NCBI RefSeq assembly: GCF_006345805.1
Contig: NC_042998.1
Span: 22,134,001-22,198,000 of the forward strand
Reading direction: 5' to 3'
DNA: 64,000 nt
From: Octopus sinensis
Lineage: Eukaryota
In this document: positions 48,466 through 60,814 of the stretch, in pieces
Layout: each line of letters opens with the position of its first letter
How positions within the stretch are numbered: position 1 is the first letter of the stretch
Notes under the pieces: generated by a model
What the model saw: the letters and a program-made list of their open reading frames with translations, nothing else
Databases searched by the model: none
What the model was told of the DNA's origin: nothing
Translations under genes and position numbers: made by a program

Positions 48466-48797
48466 GGCGCATGGCCCAGTGGTTAGAGCGACGAGCTTAC
48501 GACCGTGAGGTTGTGAGTTCGAATCCTGGACTGGGCTGCGTATTGTGTTCTTGAGCAAGACACTTTATTTCACGTTGCTCCAGTTCACTCAGCTGTAGAA
48601 ATGAGTTGTGACGTCACAGGTGCCAAGCTGTATCGGCCCCTTTGCCTTTCCCTTGGGTAACACTGGTGGCGTGGAGAGGGGAGGCCGGTATGCATGGGCG
48701 ACTGCTGGACTTCCATAAACAACCTTGCCCGGACTTGTGCCTGGGAGGGTAACTTTCTAGGTGCAATCCCATGGTCATTCATGACCAAAAGGGGTCT
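48466..48797 (+). mobile_element. tRNA-headed SINE family E
   Basis: ggcgcatggcccagtggttagagc...gagttcgaatcc (A-box and B-box), then cttgagcaagacacttt. Confidence 0.82.
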
Positions 48798-48954
48798 CTG
48801 ATATATACTTGTTAGTCCTGGTGTTTTTATTATGTATTTGTCTGGATGCTTTTTTATCATTCATAACGCGCCTACTATGATAGAAATTGTTTCTCTTTTT
48901 AGACTCTACATTCAAATTACCTCTATTTCCAAATCTTTGTATTTTGAAACTTTG

Positions 48955-49175
48955 GTGGGAAGCTTGCAGAACTGTTAGCACACCAGCAAAATGCTTAGTG
49001 ACATTTTGTCTGTCTTCACTTTCTGGGTTCAAATCCCGCTGAGGTTAATTTTGCCTTTCATCCTTTCAGGATCGATATAATAAGTACCAGTTGCATACTG
49101 GGGTCGATGTAATCAATTTATCCCCTCCCCTGAAATTGCTGGCCTTGTGTCTATAGCAGAAAAGATTATTATTGT
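48955..49175 (+). mobile_element. SINE family B (tail ii)
   Basis: Core plus gctggccttgtgtctatagcag tail. Confidence 0.8.
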
Positions 49176-49223
49176 TGTTGTTGCAGTTGTTATAATTATT
49201 GTTCCACTTTCGTTGTTTTGCAG

Positions 49224-49351
49224 ATAACAAGATAGAGGCTCTTAAAACTATGGCAGCTGTCAAACGGATTAAGGTTTATATCACAATTCTAAAGAGTGGA
49301 TATTTAACCAAAGTGAACCAGGGGAATCTGAGTTCCTTAAATCTTATGTCA
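49224..49351 (+). CDS. Weak candidate exon (128 nt)
   Basis: Acceptor ttcgttgttttgcag and consensus donor gtaagt. One frame is fully open: NKIEALKTMAAVKRIKVYITILKSGYLTKVNQGNLSSLNLMS. Confidence 0.25.
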
Positions 49352-50029
49352 GTAAGTAAACTTGTCAAATCTTTCTTCACCAAATTTTTAACAAATTTCA
49401 CTCTTTTCTCTCGGTTGGTTAAAGAAAAAATAGTGAAGAATTTTGTTTCTTAACCACATTCTTCTGGGTTCTCTTCACTCTGTGACACCTTCGACATGTG
49501 TGTCTTCTGCTATAGCCACGGGCTGACCAAAGCCTTGAGGGTAGATGGAAACAGAAAGAAGCCTGTCATATATGTGTGGAGGGTTGGGTGGGTTGTGTGT
49601 GTGTGAGAGAGAGCAGAAAAAAGTATTGACCTCACTGCTTGAATAACACTATTTGTTGTTCCAACATAATCATCATCATCATTATTATCATCATCGTTAT
49701 CATCATCAGTTTAACGTTCACTTTTCCATGCTTGTATGGCTCAGATGGAATTTGTTGAGACAGATTTTTCTATGGCTGGATGCCCTTCTTGTTGCCAACC
49801 CTCACCTCTTTCCAAGTAAGTTAATATTTCCCAATGGCCAGACTTGTTTAACATGAAAGAGTGGAAATGAAGGAACTGCTTCCCTAAAGATGACACTCCT
49901 TTACAACTCCCACAAGATGAAAAGTAAAACTTACCTCAGCAGGATTTGAACTCTTGCACAGAAACTTAGAATGCATATCACACCATTGTACTCACCTCAA
50001 CTAATTTTTTCATAAAAAGGACCCATACC

Positions 50030-51470
50030 AATTCCACATAAAAGGCATCCATGCCAGTGCTACGTATAGAGCACTCGGGCTGGTGCCACACAAAAGGCAC
50101 CTGTGCTAGTGCTATGTATAAAGCATCTGGACTGGTGCCACATAAAAGGCACCAATACCAGTGTTATGTATAGAGCACCTGGGCTGGTGCCATTTGAAAG
50201 GCACCTGTGCCAGTGCTATGTATAGAGCATCAGGGCTGGTTCCACACAAAAGGCACCTGTGCCAGTGCTATGCATAGAGCACCTGGGCGGGTTCCACATA
50301 AAAGGCACCTGTGCCAGTGCTATGCATAGAGCACCTGGGCTGGTGCCACATAAAAGACACCTGTGCCAGAGCTATGTATAGAGCATCAGGGTTTGTACCA
50401 CATAAAAGGCACCTGTGCCAGTACTATGCATAGAGCACCTGGGCTGGTACCACATAAAAGACACCTGTGCCAGAGCTATGTATAGAGTATCAGGGCTGGT
50501 GCCACATAAAAGGCACCTGTGCTAGTGCTATGCATAGAGCATCAGGGCTGGTGCCACATAAAAGGCACCTGTGCCAGTGCTATGCATAGAGCATCTGGGC
50601 TGGTTCCACATAAAAGGCACCTGGGCTGCTGCCAAATTAAAGGCACCTGTGCTAGAGCTATGTATAGAGCATCAGGGCTGGTGCCACATAAAAGGCACCT
50701 GTGCCAGTGCTATGCATAGAGCACCTGGGCTGGTGCCACATAAAAGGCACCCATGCCAGTGCTATGTATAGAGCACCTGGGCTGGTGCTACATAAAAGGC
50801 ACTTGTGCCAGTGTTATGTATAGATCACCTGGGCTGGTGCCATATAAAAGGCACCTGTGTGTGTGCTATGCATAGAGCATCAGGGCTGGTGCCACATAAA
50901 AGGCACCTGTGCCAGTGCTATGCATAGAGCACCTGGGCTGGTGCCATATAAAAGGCACCCGTGCCAGTGCTATGTATAGAGCACCTGGGCTGGTGCCATA
51001 TAAAAGGCACCTGTGCCAGTGTTATGTATAGATCACCTGGGCTGGTGCCATATAAAAGGCACCTGTGTGTGTGCTATGCATAGAGCATCAGGGCTGGTGC
51101 CACATAAAGGCACCTATGCCAGTGCTATGCATAGAGCACCTGGGCTGGTGCCACATAAAAGGCACCCATGCCAGTGCTATGTATAGAGCACCTGGGCTGG
51201 TGCCGCATCAAAAGCAGTTGTGCCAGTATCATGTAAAGAATCCCTGCGATGATGCCACATAAAAAGCATCCATGCTGGGGCCATGTAAAAAGCACCTGGA
51301 GTGGGTCCACATAAGAACACCTATGCAGGTGCCATGTAAAAAGCACCCAGTATACTCTGTAAAGTGGTTGGCGTTAGAAAGGGCATTCAGCTATAGAAAC
51401 CATGCCAAAATAGACCCAAGTCATACCACCATGGAAAATGAATGGTAAATGATGATGATGATGACGATGA
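50030..51470 (+). repeat. 52-bp minisatellite (about 22-23 units) at the 5' side of a family C element
   Basis: Unit starts at 50265, 50317, 50369 and onward; the array runs into the C body and (GAT)n tail at 51345-51470. Confidence 0.93.
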
Positions 51471-52094
51471 CGACATGATCGATATAAAAGTACATTCCAA
51501 GAATTTTTCTAATAACAGACATATATTTCTTTATTTTCAATCTGGGATAAACTTATTGAGTATTAAAATCATGGTATTTTGGAGTATAGGACTGACGTTT
51601 GGTACATACAGTAATTGAATATGGTAGAATTTTCTGTTTTAAACTGAAGAAATGTATTTCTTACATTTTGTGAAAATGTGATTCTGTGGAATTAAATTTT
51701 TGGTTTCTCAATTTAGATGGAATTGTAGATATGTGTTTATATTTCAAACAAAATAAAATGGAAAAAAAAATACAAAGATTTATGAGGCAAAGGGATTCCA
51801 TTGAGGATATTCTTCGTATTATTGTCATTAAACTGAGATGTCAGAAAACAGACTTTGGTTCTTTCCTCAGATTTCTTAAATCACACCCTGTCGTCTTGAA
51901 AAGAAAACAAAAGTAAAGAATGGGCATTGTTGGATAATGAGATATTTAGGTATTTTGCTCCAAACCATATTGTTGATATTCATCATCAGCATCACAAGAT
52001 CTTCCCTCCCTCTTCTGTGTGTATGTGTGTGTAATGTTAATCTTTGTTTTTGTATGCAGTTATAATGATTTCTTTCTTGCTTTATTTATTCTTT

Positions 52095-52856
52095 GTGGAG
52101 GCACAATGGCCCAGTGGTTAGGGCAGCAGACTCGCGGTCGTAGGATTGCAGTTTTGATTCCCAGAATGGGCGTTGTGAGTGTTTATTGAACGAAAACACC
52201 TAAAAGCTCCACAAGGCTCCAGCAGGGGTGAGGGTGGGGCGAATCCTGCGGTATTCTTTCATCACAACTTTCTCGCATTCTTTCTTCCTATTTCTGCTGT
52301 ACCTGTATTTTCAAAGGGCCAGCCTTATTAGATTCTCTGTCATGCTGAATCACCCCGAGAACTATGTTAAGGGTACACATGTATGTGGAGTGCTCAGCCA
52401 CTAGCATGCTAATTTCACAAGCGGCTGTTCCATTGATCGTATCAGCTGGAACCCTCATTGTTGTAACCAATTGTAGAGGCGCAATGGCCCAGCAATTAGG
52501 GTAGCGAACATGTAGTCATAGGATCGTAGTTTTAATTCCCAGAATGGGCGTTGTGAATGTTTATTGAACATAAACACCTAAAAGCTCCATGAGGCTCCGG
52601 CAGAGGGTAGTGGTGAACCCTACTGTAATCTTTCACCACAACTTTCTCTCACTCTTTCTTCCTGTTTTTGCTGTACCTGTATTTTCAAAGGGCCAGCCTT
52701 GTCACACTCTGTGTCATGCTGAATCTCCCCAAGAACTACATTAAGGGTACACATGTCAGTAGAGTGCTCAGCCACTTGCATGTTAATTTCATGAGCAGGC
52801 TGATCCATTGATTGGATCAACTGGGACCCTCATCATCCTAACTGACGGAGTGCCAC
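52095..52856 (+). mobile_element. Head-to-tail dimer of two diverged SINE F copies
   Basis: Heads at 52095 and 52473; colinear ~375-bp units. Confidence 0.88.
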
Positions 52857-53044
52857 GATTTATTATTTATTATGTTTTTAATCCTAAGGGTTACTCTATA
52901 CTTTTGAAGAGTACAAATTTATTATTCTTAAACAAGAATATTATTGATAGTAACTTCAAAGTTTTGGTTAGAGTTCTCTTTTCCTTTTTGCATCTCCAAT
53001 CCTATACACACACACACATATATCCATGTATGTGTAATCATGGC

Positions 53045-53300
53045 CAATGCCGGTGTCACATAACTGGCCCCCATGCTGGTGATACCTAAAAGCACCTGTG
53101 CTGGTGGCACATAAAAGCTGATGGCATGTTAAAGGCACCCATTACACTCCTGGAGTGGTTGGTGTTAGGAAGGGCATCCTGCTGTCGAATCCATGCCAAA
53201 TCAGACTGGGGCCTGGTGCAGCCCTCCGCTTTACCAGTTCCAGTCAAACCGTCTAACCCATGCCAGCATGGAAAGCAGACACTAAATTATGATGAGGATG
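53045..53300 (+). mobile_element. Family C copy
   Basis: Body plus degenerate GAT tail. Confidence 0.8.
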
Positions 53301-54319
53301 ATGTGTGTCTATGTTTCTATGTATCCTTAGCTGGACATCACATGATGGTTGTATGTGAGCATCATCGTCATACCTGATTTTTCTATTTTGACCTGAGGTC
53401 ACACATTGTAAACTGGAAGGGTTTGAGATCTGTTTTAATCAATTCCAATCAATGATTGACATCTATTTTCGATGAAAATTATTGTTAACATTGGCAGGAT
53501 TTGAATTCCAAATGTAGACAAAATGGAGTTAAACTGTATAAGGTTTCTTTCACTTCCATTTTTTTTTTACTACCAGAATCAATGATTTAAGTGAAGATTG
53601 TTCTCTTCATTAAGCATTTTATTTTAATTAATTACCGCTTTACTATTAATTCCTCTTGCAACCGGAATGCCAGGGTACATTTTCATAGTTGTTCTTTTAA
53701 GTTAATAGAACACTGCTTTGAGTTCATTCACAGAATCTTTAATACCATTGTAGTTGTTCTAAGATTTAGCAGTCATTAAGATAATAATTGTTTTAATCAG
53801 TAAAGGTGTAATTTTAATTAATTAGAAATTCTTACCATTCTACATTGATTATGTTAGCACCCGTTTTTATTAAACAGTGTACGACATTTAACTTAACACG
53901 TTCTATCACTTTTGCATCTAATTCCATAGGCTGTTAGTTATTCTAGTATTAAAGCATAAAAGAATATATAATTCTTATATTCTTTTAATTGTTTCAGTCA
54001 TTTGATTGTGGCCATGCTGGAGCATTGCCTCGTGGGGTTTTAGTCAAACGAATTGACCCCCAGGACTTACTTTTTAAGCCTAGTACTTATTCTATCAGTT
54101 TCATTTGTTAAGTTACGGAAACATAAACACACCAACACCAGTTATCAAGAAGTGACGATGACCAAGTGTCAAATGATGAAAGGTTACAGAGTGACCGAGG
54201 GACAGAGAAGCAAGTCATCTATTTCTGTCTGTCTGTCTGTCTGTCAGACTCTAACCTTTCATCATCTGACACAAGATCCCCCTCCCCCAATGCCCCCGTC
54301 CCTCACAAAATTCCTTGTC

Positions 54320-54922
54320 TTATTTCTTTATTGCCCACAAGGGGCTAAGCATAGAGGGGACAAACAAGGACAGACAAATGGATTAAGTCGATTATATCGA
54401 CCCCCATGCATAATCATCATCATCATCATCATTTAGCGTCCGCTTTCCATGCTAGCATGGGTTGGGCGGGTCAACTGGGGTCTGTGAAGCTGGAAGGCTT
54501 CGTCAGGCCCAGTCAGATCTGGCAGTGTTTCTACGGCTGGATTCCCTTCCTAACGCCAACCACTCCGTGAGTGTAGTGGGTGTTTTTTACGTGCCACCTG
54601 CACAGGTGCCAGACAGAGCTGGCGAACGGCCACGAACGGATGGTGCTTTTACGTGTCACCGGCACGGGGCCAGGCGATGCTGGCAACGAACACGAACGGA
54701 TGGTGCTGTTACGTGCCACCGACACGGGGCCAGACAGAGCTGGCAAACGGCCACGAACGGACGGTGCTTTTACGTGTCACCGGCACTGGTACTTAATTTA
54801 TCGACCCCAAAAGGATGAAAGGCAAAGTCGACGTCGGTGGAATTTGAACTCAGAACGTAGCGGCAGACAAAATACTGCTAAGCATTTTGCCCGGCGTGCT
54901 AATGTTTCTGCCAGCTTGCCAC
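54320..54922 (-). mobile_element. SINE B split by a nested family C copy (54411-54787) carrying ~60-bp units
   Basis: B sequence ...catgcataa | ctggtacttaatt... is interrupted; unit starts at 54642, 54702 and 54763. Confidence 0.85.
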
Positions 54923-55779
54923 CTTATAATCAGAATAAATATTGCAAGATATTCTGTCCAACACTTTGCCAATTTTTATGGCACATGTCATGTTTATATT
55001 TGACCCTTATAAACTCTTATTTAAGGAGTGTCAGTTTACAATTTTGTTAAAGGACACCCAGCATGTACTTTTGTTTTTCAAGCTGATCTAGTATGAACTT
55101 GTCTGCTATATAGTAAGTAAAGTGGATGCTAGTTTACTTCACACTATATACCAAGAATTTTTAATTAGAAATATATCTTTAGTGCTGGGTTACCATACTG
55201 AAGTACTTGTGGTGGATTACACGGTTTTTCAGGATTGCATATTAATATTTTTTGTTAATTTGGCAGGCTGGTTACATTTTGGGTTACTTTAAAAGTATTT
55301 GGGCTACTTATCTACAGCATTTATGTTTTAAATCAAATTTTATGTTATAGTGATATTTTAAAATTTATAAACAAAAGAAATTAAATCTGCTAAGTCATAT
55401 TCTTAAATACTTTGATCTGCATTGTATTATGAATATAAAGTTTAGGAAAAACAAATTATAGATGCGCTATAATTATTATATAATTAAATTACCTAATGCA
55501 GTAATTTATAAAGGTAGTTCATAAAAGTAACGCATAAATTGGATAGAGCCAGTAATGAGAAATTTCCATTGAAATTTATTGCTAATTAGATCATACAATA
55601 GCTGTTACAGCTCTACCTATCTCATTATGTCTTCTGAAAAAAAAAAATTGCTCAAAGATATCATTACTTATGCATGTTAACAGTTTTAAATATTTCTTTA
55701 TAAATGCAATGTAGAATGTCTATATTGCTTAAAATGAATTTTGAATGCAAAGAGTCTTGACACTTACAAAAACAATAAT

Positions 55780-57385
55780 ATATATTATAATGACATTTGC
55801 ATCTGTTACAGAATCATTCGATTGTGGTTTGAAACTGTTGTGGGCAGGCACTTTTGGTAAATACTGTTTGGCAACAGTTTGTGATTCCTTAGAAGCAAAT
55901 TACTTCATCATCCTCATCATCATGATCATCATCGTTTAACGTCCGTTTTCCATGCTAGCATGGGTTGCATGGTTCGACCGGGGTCTGGCAAGCCGGGAGG
56001 CTGCACCAGGCTCCAGTCTGATCTGGCAGTGTTTCTACAGCTGGATGCCCTTCCTAACGCCAACCACTCAGTGAGTGTAGTGGGTGCTTTTTACGTGCCA
56101 CTGGCACAGGTGCCAGGGGAGGCTGGCAGTGGCCATGATTGGTTGGTGCTTTTTACGTTCCACCGGCGCAGGTATCACAACTGCAATTTCCATTTGATAT
56201 TCATTTTGATGTTGATGTACTTGACTCAATAGGTCTCCTCAAGCACAGCAGGTCATGTGCCACCGACACAGAAGCCAGTCAAGTGCTGGCATCGGCCACA
56301 TTCAGATGGTGCTTTTTACGTGCCACCTGCACAGGTATCACAACTACAATTTTGCTTTTTACGTGCCACCGGCTCAGGTATCACAACTAATATTATATAT
56401 TATAATGACATTTGCATCTGTTACAGAATCATTCAATTGTGGTTTGAAACAGTTGTGGGCAGGCACTTTTGGTAAATACTGTTTGGCAACAGTTTGTGAT
56501 TCCTTAGAAGCAAATTACTTCATCATCATCATTGTTTAACGTCCGTTTTCCATGCTAGCATGGGTTGCATGGTTCGACCGGGGTCTGGCAAGCCGGGAGG
56601 CTGCACCAGGCTCCAGTCTGATCTGGTAGAGTTTCTACAGCTGGATGCCCTTCCTAACGCCAACCACTCCGAGTGTAGTGGGTGCTTTTTACGTTCCACT
56701 GGCACGGGGGCCAAGGGAGGCTGGCAGTGGCCATGATCGGTTGGTGCTTTTTACGTGCCACTGGCACAGAAGCAAGTCAAGGCGGCGCTGGCATCGGCCA
56801 CATTCAAATGGTGCTTTTTACATGCCACCTACATAGGTATCACAACTACAATTTTGCTTTTTACGTGCCACCGGCATAGGTATCACAACTAATATTATAT
56901 ATTATAATGACATTTGCATCTGTTACAGAATCATTCAATTGTGGTTTGAAACTGTTGTGGGCAGGCACTTTTGGTAAATACTGCTTGGCAACAGTTTGTG
57001 ATTCCTTAGAAGCAAATTACTTCATCATCATCATCATCATCGTTTAACATCCGTTTTCCATGCTAGCATGGGTTGGGTGGTTCGATCGGGGTCTGGGAAA
57101 CCAGGAGGCTGCACCAGGCTCCAGTCTGATCTGGCAGTGTTTCTACAGCTGGATGCCCTTCCTAACGCTAACCACTCCGAGAGTGTAGTGGGTGCTTTTT
57201 ACGTGCCACTGGCACAGGGGCCAGATGAGGCTGGCAGCAGCCCTGATCAATTGGTGCTTTTTATGTTCCACCAGCGCAGGTATCACAACTACAATTTCCA
57301 TTTGATATTTATTTTGATGTTGATGTACTTGACTCAATAGGTCTCCTCAAGGTCAGCAGGTCACCCTACGATCCAAGGTTAGCAC
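55780..57385. repeat. Triplicated cassette: ~135-bp unique flank plus family C copy (-)
   Basis: The flank atatattataatgacatttgcatctg...gcaaattact starts at about 55780, 56395 and 56897. Confidence 0.9.
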
Positions 57386-57554
57386 AGCTACAGTATACTA
57401 AAAAGTTGAGACAATAATAGCGTGACAGGTGCCCATTAATGAATTTATATTAGCACTAACAGGTTATCTTAGATAGCAGAACGATCCAATTTTTTCAGTG
57501 TATCCCTCTTTATTTATTTGGTGATATTTCACTTCTATATAGACTCTTTAGTTA

Positions 57555-58495
57555 GGGCGGCGAGCTGGCAGAAATGTTAGCACGCCGGGCGAAATGTGTA
57601 GCCGTATTTCGTCTGCCATTACATTCTGAGTTCAAATTCTGCCGAGGTCGACTCTGCCTTTCATCCTTTCGGGGTCGATAAATTTAGTACCAGTTACGCA
57701 CTGGAGTCGATAGAATCGACTTAATCCGTTTGTCTGTCCTTGTTTGTCCCCTCTGTGTTTAGCCCCTTGTGGGTAGTAAAGAAATAGGTATTTCGTCTGC
57801 CGTTATGTTCTGAGTTCAAATTCCGCTGAGGTCGACTTTGCCTTTCATCCTTTCGGGGTCGATTAAATTAAGTACCAGTTACGCACTGGAGTCGATAGAA
57901 TCGACTTAATCCGTTTGTCTGTCCTTGTTTGTCCCCTCTGTGTTTAGCCCCTTGTGGGTAGTAAAGAAATAGGTATTTCGTCTGCCGTTACGTTCTGAGT
58001 TCAAATTCCGCTGAGGTCGACTTTGCCTTTCATCCTTTTGGGATTGATAAATTAAGTACTAGTTACGCACTGGGGTCGATGTAATCGACTTAATCTGTTT
58101 GTCCCCTCTATGTTCAGCCCCTTGTGGTAGTAAAGAAATAGGTATTTCGTCTGCCGTTATGTTCTGAGTTCAAATTCCGCTGAGGTCGACTTTGCCTTTC
58201 ATCCTTTCGGGGTCGATTAAATTAAGTACCAGTTACGCACTGGAGTCGATAGAATCGACTTAATCCGTTTGTCTGTCCTTGTTTGTCCCCTCTGTGTTTA
58301 GCCCCTTGTGGGTAGTAAAGAAATAGGTATTTCGTCTGCCGTTACGTTCTGAGTTCAAATTCCGCTGAGGTCGACTTTGCCTTTCATCCTTTTGGGATTG
58401 ATAAATTAAGTACTAGTTACGCACTGGGGTCGATGTAATCGACTTAATCTGTTTGTCCCCTCTATGTTCAGCCCCTTGTGGGTAGTAAAGAAATA
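57555..58495 (+). mobile_element. Five-unit tandem array of SINE B
   Basis: Unit starts at 57555, 57787, 57972, 58141 and 58326; lengths of units 2-5 are 185, 169, 185 and 170. Confidence 0.92.
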
Positions 58496-58699
58496 GGTTA
58501 TCTTAGATATCAGAACGATCCAATTTTTTCAGTATATACCTCTTTATTTATTTGGTGATATTTCACTTCTGTATAGAGACTCTTTAGTTATAAAGTGAAC
58601 CAGAAGTTGTTGGCAGTTGTTAGTCCGTCACTTGGTATAAGACAGATCAACAAACTATTTTTTAATGAATCTTGATTATATCAAAAACTATACTCATTA

Positions 58700-59116
58700 T
58701 ACAATGAACATGTAGTCAAAGTATGATAAAAAGTCTGAAAAGTCCTGCTTAATAGATCCACAATTTTTAAATTAAGCAACTGAAATAAAACATCAAAGCA
58801 ATAAAGCCGTCCTATAAAATGTGTAATTTTGAAATATGATCTCACAAAACCAGATCAACAAAGCATGCTTCTTCAGCTAGACATAAAATGATAGAGCTGT
58901 AATAAACTCGTATTCACAGCAGACTATCAAAGCAATCTTTTTTTTTTCCTGCAGCAAAATAACAAAATTTACACTATATAGTTAGCAGAATTTGTCACTT
59001 GTCATCCAAGTATTTGTGGTATCAATCATTTTGGAGGACTTATTAATAAAGAAATTTCTTCATTATCAATTGCAGCTGATTTGAAACTGCACAGGATAAA
59101 ATATATGGCGTTAATA

Positions 59117-59154
<38 letters not shown>

Positions 59155-59780
59155 TGTTATTGCTGTATCCTTTCTGAAAGAACAAATTAGACATAGGAAA
59201 TCATCAGTTCTTGATTTTGGATAAATCAACCGACATTACTTGTGAAGAGCATTGATGTGTGTGTGTGTGTGCATTTGTGTGTGTGTGTTAGATATTCTTA
59301 TAAACAACAAAATAAATAAATGTGTATCACAGTTTTTTCTGGTTAATTCCTGTTCCAAAATTCCTGTCACCGAAATGCTGCACCAAGCTGTGGAAAAGTT
59401 TGAGTAATGTTGGAATTATTATTAAGAACTGTTTTGCTATTGCAACAAATGGAGTTTTAAACCTTCCTGACATTAATAATTCTTTCTATGCATTAATGAA
59501 ATTAGATAATCCAAACTTGATTCTCATAAAATGCATTTGTCACTCTTTCTGTTTTGCATGTTGCCATAATGTTGAAGAATTGCCTTTGAGCATCGACTGT
59601 CTGTTAAGAGGTGCTTACAACTTTTACTACAGACAAGTATTGTGGAGATGATTTTGTATGGAAATGTAAGAATTAATCAATGATGGCATCAAGCCATTGG
59701 AAATGGTTTAGCATTCAGTCACAAATGGTAACTATGGAATGGTCTCTGTGTAAAAAGAAATGTTCTTCAGTGGTGTTTGT
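58700..59780 (+). pseudogene. Decayed hAT-superfamily transposase
   Basis: Frameshifted colinear motifs: KMCNFEI*SHKT..KHASSARHK (N-terminal zinc-finger-like); DLKLHRIKYMALI..KNVIA; DIG...LILDKSTDIT; CV..VRY; KNCFAIATNG..NNSFY.LMKLDNPNLILIKCICHSF; LP..ID.LLR..YN; INDG.KPL; CVKR...QW. Confidence 0.85.
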
Positions 59781-60129
59781 TTTATTTGTTGTGTCTTCAT
59801 GAAAAGGGTCTATTGCTCATGGACCTTGACAGCCTTCTGGGACCTGTGAGATTAATGCTGTTAATATAAGTTGGCAACAGCAAGAAAGGCATATGCGAGG
59901 GGGGAATTCAAGAGGACTGAGGTTCTGAGGTGGTTGAACTGGCCTTAACAGTTAGAGCAGGAGTTTAGAGTTGGAATCAATATATGGGATATGAAGGGGA
60001 GGAGGAGGAGCAGAATTGAGTAATTAAGAGGACTTCAGTAGTGATAGCATAAGGTTAGCCAACTCCAAGAAGCAGAGGCCATTATAGTCATAGGATGAAA
60101 TTAAGATTGAATTTTTCAAATACCACAAC

Positions 60130-60640
60130 TTGCTTTCAAATACCCTGACACCATGTAAAAAAAAAAACATCCCTGTTGGTGCCACATAAAAGGCACCCAT
60201 GCCAGTACCTATTTCTTTACTACACACAAGGGGCTAAACACAGAGGAGACAAACAGATTAAGTCGATTACATTGACCCAGTGCATAACTGGTACTTAATT
60301 TATCGACCCCGAAAGGATGAAAGGCAAAGTCAACCTTGGCGGAATTTGAACTCAGAACGTAACGGGAGACGAAATACCGCTGAGCATTTCGCCCGGGGTG
60401 CTAACGTTTCTGCCAGCTCGCATGGTACTGGCACTCATGCCAGTACCATGTAATAATAAGCACTTCTGCTGGTGCCACATGAAAAAGGCACTCAGTACTC
60501 TCTGTAAAGTGGTTGGCATTGGGAAGGGGATCCAACCGAAGGGACCCTGCCAAGACACAACTTGAACCCGGTGCAGCTCTTTGGCTTCATTACATCTACT
60601 GAAAATCTCTGTTTTGTTTCTCCATTGACAAACAGGACAG
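60130..60640. mobile_element. Family C remnant (+) interrupted by a full SINE B (-) at 60210-60420
   Basis: 18-bp TSD ggcac(c/t)catgccagtacc at 60192-60209 and 60430-60447. Confidence 0.82.
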
Positions 60641-60814
60641 ATTGACACCAAGAATAGCATCTGGTCATAAAAATGGCCATTCCACCAATACCTCCCCATC
60701 TTCGAACCTGTGGTTGTATGGCAAAACGGATGTTAAATAAATAATTGAACAAATTATCTCTCTCTCCTCCTCTCTCTCTCTCTATCTATCTATATATACT
60801 CTTTTTTTTTTTTT

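Noticed and set aside
48466-48540. tRNA-like sequences with A-box and B-box (also 52095, 52473, 7557, 2340-2422)
   Set aside because: They continue directly into SINE bodies and lack a clean cloverleaf, so they are SINE heads rather than tRNA genes.
51635-51670. aaactgaagaaatgta-tttct-tacat, similar to the start of the 3429 motif
   Set aside because: The hairpin is not followed by GAAA, so no hammerhead can form.
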